DNA from: Setoptus koraiensis
Lineage: Eukaryota > Animalia > Arthropoda
Direction: 5' to 3'
Assembly (NCBI GenBank): GCA_048013815.1
Contig: CM106586.1
Span: 15,252,001 to 15,316,000, forward strand
Length of the DNA stretch: 64,000 bases
Positions 60,964-64,000 of the stretch are shown piece by piece. Every line of letters starts with the position of its first letter. Positions within the stretch are counted from its first letter, which is position 1. Below the pieces are notes generated by a model. It was given only the letters and a program-made list of their open reading frames with translations, was not told the origin of the DNA and made no database searches. The position numbers and the translations under genes are program-made.

Positions 60964-62965
60964 TCAATCTTTGACGTCCCATATTTCTGCCAGGAAGTCT
61001 GGTAAACGTTTGTTTTTGACCTTTAGTGAGAAACACACGTTACTATTAATTATACCAAGTGCTCTCAATTCTGTCAATATGGATAACATCTTGGCAAAAT
61101 AACATTGACTTGCTTCGCGTCTTGGCGAAGATTCCACATAGGCTTGCATTAACGATAAGTAATAGTCTTGTATTGCCTCTACTTTCTGGGGATCCCTTAG
61201 GTTTGGCCTGTCACTGAAAATTGTGAGGGCCGTAAGAAGTGCATACTCCGATTCGTCTAATTTCAAAACGTAGATACTTTTACAAAAGTTGAACATGGCA
61301 TCGGCTATGTCACCAATGTAGGCGCTCCTATAATTGGCTCTTGTAAATGGTTGGTTGTTTGCAAATAGTATACTATCCGTTTTAAAATCATATTTCCTTG
61401 ACGATCTCAACATCATGACCTCACTAGCGCATGCTTTTAATAATGTGATTTGATCTTCTCTGGTGAGCTGTTCGAATCCTCTGACTTTTTTGGCAAATTC
61501 AACAATTAATTGTACAGTCAGTATGGTCATCTCGGTGACCTGCCTGAATTGATTGATTTGTTCGTCCTCATTCTTATTGTATGGCTAAAGATAGGTAAAT
61601 GTAATTGAATAAACATGAAAGGAGAGAGAGAGAGAATTAGAGAGATTAGTCTTTTGTTTCTAGCTAATAATGAGGACATAATGAGAATATTGACTTGTTG
61701 GACCCTCATTCGACAAGTGTGGGCCATTTTATTTCACTTACTGCTATCTTGCTCAGGTCCTCGGGTGATGGTGAATCAAATTCCGCCTGATAATGAACTA
61801 AATGTTTAATCATGGCAATCTGTTCTAAAGTGAGAGATTTCTGTGGATACCTATTATTAAGATCGGTGGCGATTGTTGTTGTGTACATGGGGCTTGCATG
61901 ATCTGCTGCTGTAATATTATTGACAGCATTTGTTGCATGTTCATCATTTGTGGTATGTGTCTTGTTGTTTGAAACAGCAATGATATTATTAGCGGAATGA
62001 TAATTTTGATTGATAGCTGCTAGGTTGTTTGGTGTCGGCGATATAATAAAAGGAGTTGTAGTAGTTGTTGTTGTTTTATCGTCACAAGACGAAGACGATC
62101 TAGTAGACGTTGTTGAGTCTTGATTATGATTATGGTGAAGATTATGATTATTATGATGATGTTGCTGTTGATAATGTTGGTGCGAGCTTGCAGCTGTTGG
62201 TAATGATGTTTGGCCAACAATGTTGATATCTTGATGATTTAATTGTGTTGTCGTTCTACTATTGACATTTGTTGTTGTGACGGTGTTTGAATTAGCTGCT
62301 GCTGCTGTTATTGGCCCTAAAGATGGCGTAATATAGGGTGAAGTGTGATGGGCAGGATGATGAGCTTGGTGATTGTTGTGTAGATGATGGTGATGCTGAT
62401 GTGGATTTAGGTGTGGTGGTTGCTGTTGATTGGGTTGATGTTGTTGGTGGTGTGATTGGTGTTGGTGGTGGTGTTGTTGTTGCTGCTGTTGTTGATGATT
62501 GAGGTGTTGTGCATGAAGCGAATGTTGTTGGTTGGCTGGATGGTGGATGCCATTGTTGATATTGTTGATGATAGCACTGTTGGTAGTATTGTAATTATTA
62601 TTATTATTGTTGTTGTTGTTGTTGTGATTTGTTGTGGTTGGCGTGGTGGCCGTAGTTGAGTTTGGGGCCTGCTTTTGGGCCTGTTTCGATTGCCTCTTGA
62701 TGGCGCACTGATACTCGGGCACAACACATTCGGGCCTCATTCCAACAGTGAGACACTTCTTGAGTCGACACTCTTGGCATTTCCTTCTCATGTACATGTC
62801 AATCTCACATTTGTTTCCATATTTGCACGTATATTGATTGTTTTTAGTGATGGATCGCCTGAAAAAGCCCTTGCATCCCTCGCAGGTGAGCGCATTATAA
62901 TGGTAGCCGCTGGCCCTGTCGCCGCATACGAGGCACAGCTCCTCTTGTTGCCTGGTGTCGGTCAT
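60964..62965 (-). CDS. EcR: ecdysone receptor paralogue 2 (2 exons: 62965-61742, 61584-60964; 614 aa)
   Basis: [15 protein letters not shown] 157-nt gtaagt...ttag intron joins DLSKIA|[20 protein letters not shown], at the same position as in paralogue 1. The intact LBD ends [10 protein letters not shown]. Confidence 0.96.
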
Positions 62966-63408
62966 GCTTGTTTGCGTATGCTGATATCGCGGATATATGT
63001 GATTGGTTGTGTTGTTGGTGTCGTCGTTGTTGGTGTGAGATTGTTGTTGTTGTTTTTTCTATTGTTTGTACTTTGTAAATTGTTAAAAGTTGAAAAATTG
63101 AAAAAAAGTTGTCAAAAATGGTGCTGCTGCTGCTGCACTGTGTGCGTTTCTGCGCGTCTCTTGTTGAGTTGGGTGTCGATGGTGGCGACGGTGGTGTGGC
63201 AATAATACGAGGATGATCGGTTATAACAATTGCAACAACAAAAACTTGTATAAACGGCAATCATAATTCTCTGGTTTGTGACGCAATATGTTGTAACGAA
63301 TTGGCTCTTCGTTTCTTTATTCGATTTGCTTGTTTCATCGACTGCTCACTGTTGGTTGTTTCATCGATTTGTGGCTGCCAAATGCTTGTTGTTTGGTCGA
63401 TTTTGAAT

Positions 63409-63466
63409 TGATACACGATTGCGAGTTGATACACGATTGCTAGCTGATACGCGATTGCTGGCTGAT
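63409..63466. repeat. 18-bp tandem repeat (tgatacRcgattgc....) x3
   Basis: Units start at 63409, 63427 and 63445. Confidence 0.85.
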
Positions 63467-63850
63467 CTGGCTGGTTGGTGTGTCGACGAGGCCGGGAGTC
63501 GCGGCCGGCCCAACGAGAGGCGAATTGGATTAAATTAATGATATTATATAAATTAATAATAACGACGAAATAATGATAATATTAATAGAAATGGTTGCTT
63601 GCTCGGCGGTAGCGGCACTGCAATGAATTTGTAGCTCAACTCAACTCAACTCAACTCAACTAACAAAGTTCGCTTGTGTGTGCGCTGATAAAATTCGATT
63701 GTTCTGCTAGTTTGTCGCTGCTGTCTGTTGCTGCTGTTTGTTCGATGATCGTATATTCGATGATCAAATCATTCGATCGTCGTCGTTCGATCCACTCGCT
63801 AGGCTAGCGAACTAATACTGTCTCACTGAAAATGTATGAGAGCGCGCGCT

Positions 63851-63955
63851 CTGGGTTCACTTTGATGTCGTTGCTCGCCAACAAACTCTGACTGTGACTG
63901 GCTGTGTGTGTGTGTGATATAAGTTGAAACGACGACGCCAACCACTTTCAAGGTC
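63851..63955. promoter_or_regulatory. cluster of conserved non-coding elements upstream of EcR paralogue 2
   Basis: Elements A (63851-63878) and B (63920-63955) plus tgactggctgtgtg (63895), all shared with the region upstream of paralogue 1. Confidence 0.6.
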
Positions 63956-64000
63956 CTTCGCTCGCTCACTCGCTTACTATTCAACACTAACCATTGTGTG

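Noticed and set aside
1-64000. tRNA, rRNA or snRNA genes
   Set aside because: No convincing cloverleaf (GTTCGA hits lie within EcR coding or unstructured DNA) or rRNA-like sequence was recognised.

Overview
Eukaryotic (arthropod) genomic DNA, most likely from a mite. The taxon is an inference from the chelicerate-type EcR and cuticle-protein sequences, the compact gene packing and the very few introns. The window has two compartments. (1) Bases ~420-32600 contain no coding sequence I can recognise. They are rich in microsatellites and GC-rich minisatellites and strongly enriched in the palindrome GGGCCC. The 5' coding exon of an N-acylated globin lies at the extreme left edge. (2) Bases ~32700-63000 are gene-dense: ATP synthase subunit f, DRG2, an RR cuticle protein, a PRDM8/ZNF488-like single zinc-finger protein, TTC19, ARFRP1 (with an artefactual partial duplicate across a 500-N gap), a secreted prohormone-like precursor, an FRS2-like PTB adaptor, METTL14, ADCK1 and two tandem intact ecdysone receptor (EcR) paralogues. 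The best leads are, first, the tandem EcR pair, which lacks an A/B domain and shows hugely expanded Q/N/H hinges, apparent gene-conversion tracts, a stop-free in-frame intron and shared upstream conserved elements, and second, the secreted precursor predicted to release a basic C-terminally amidated peptide. All protein family calls are from recognition of motifs, not from database searches.
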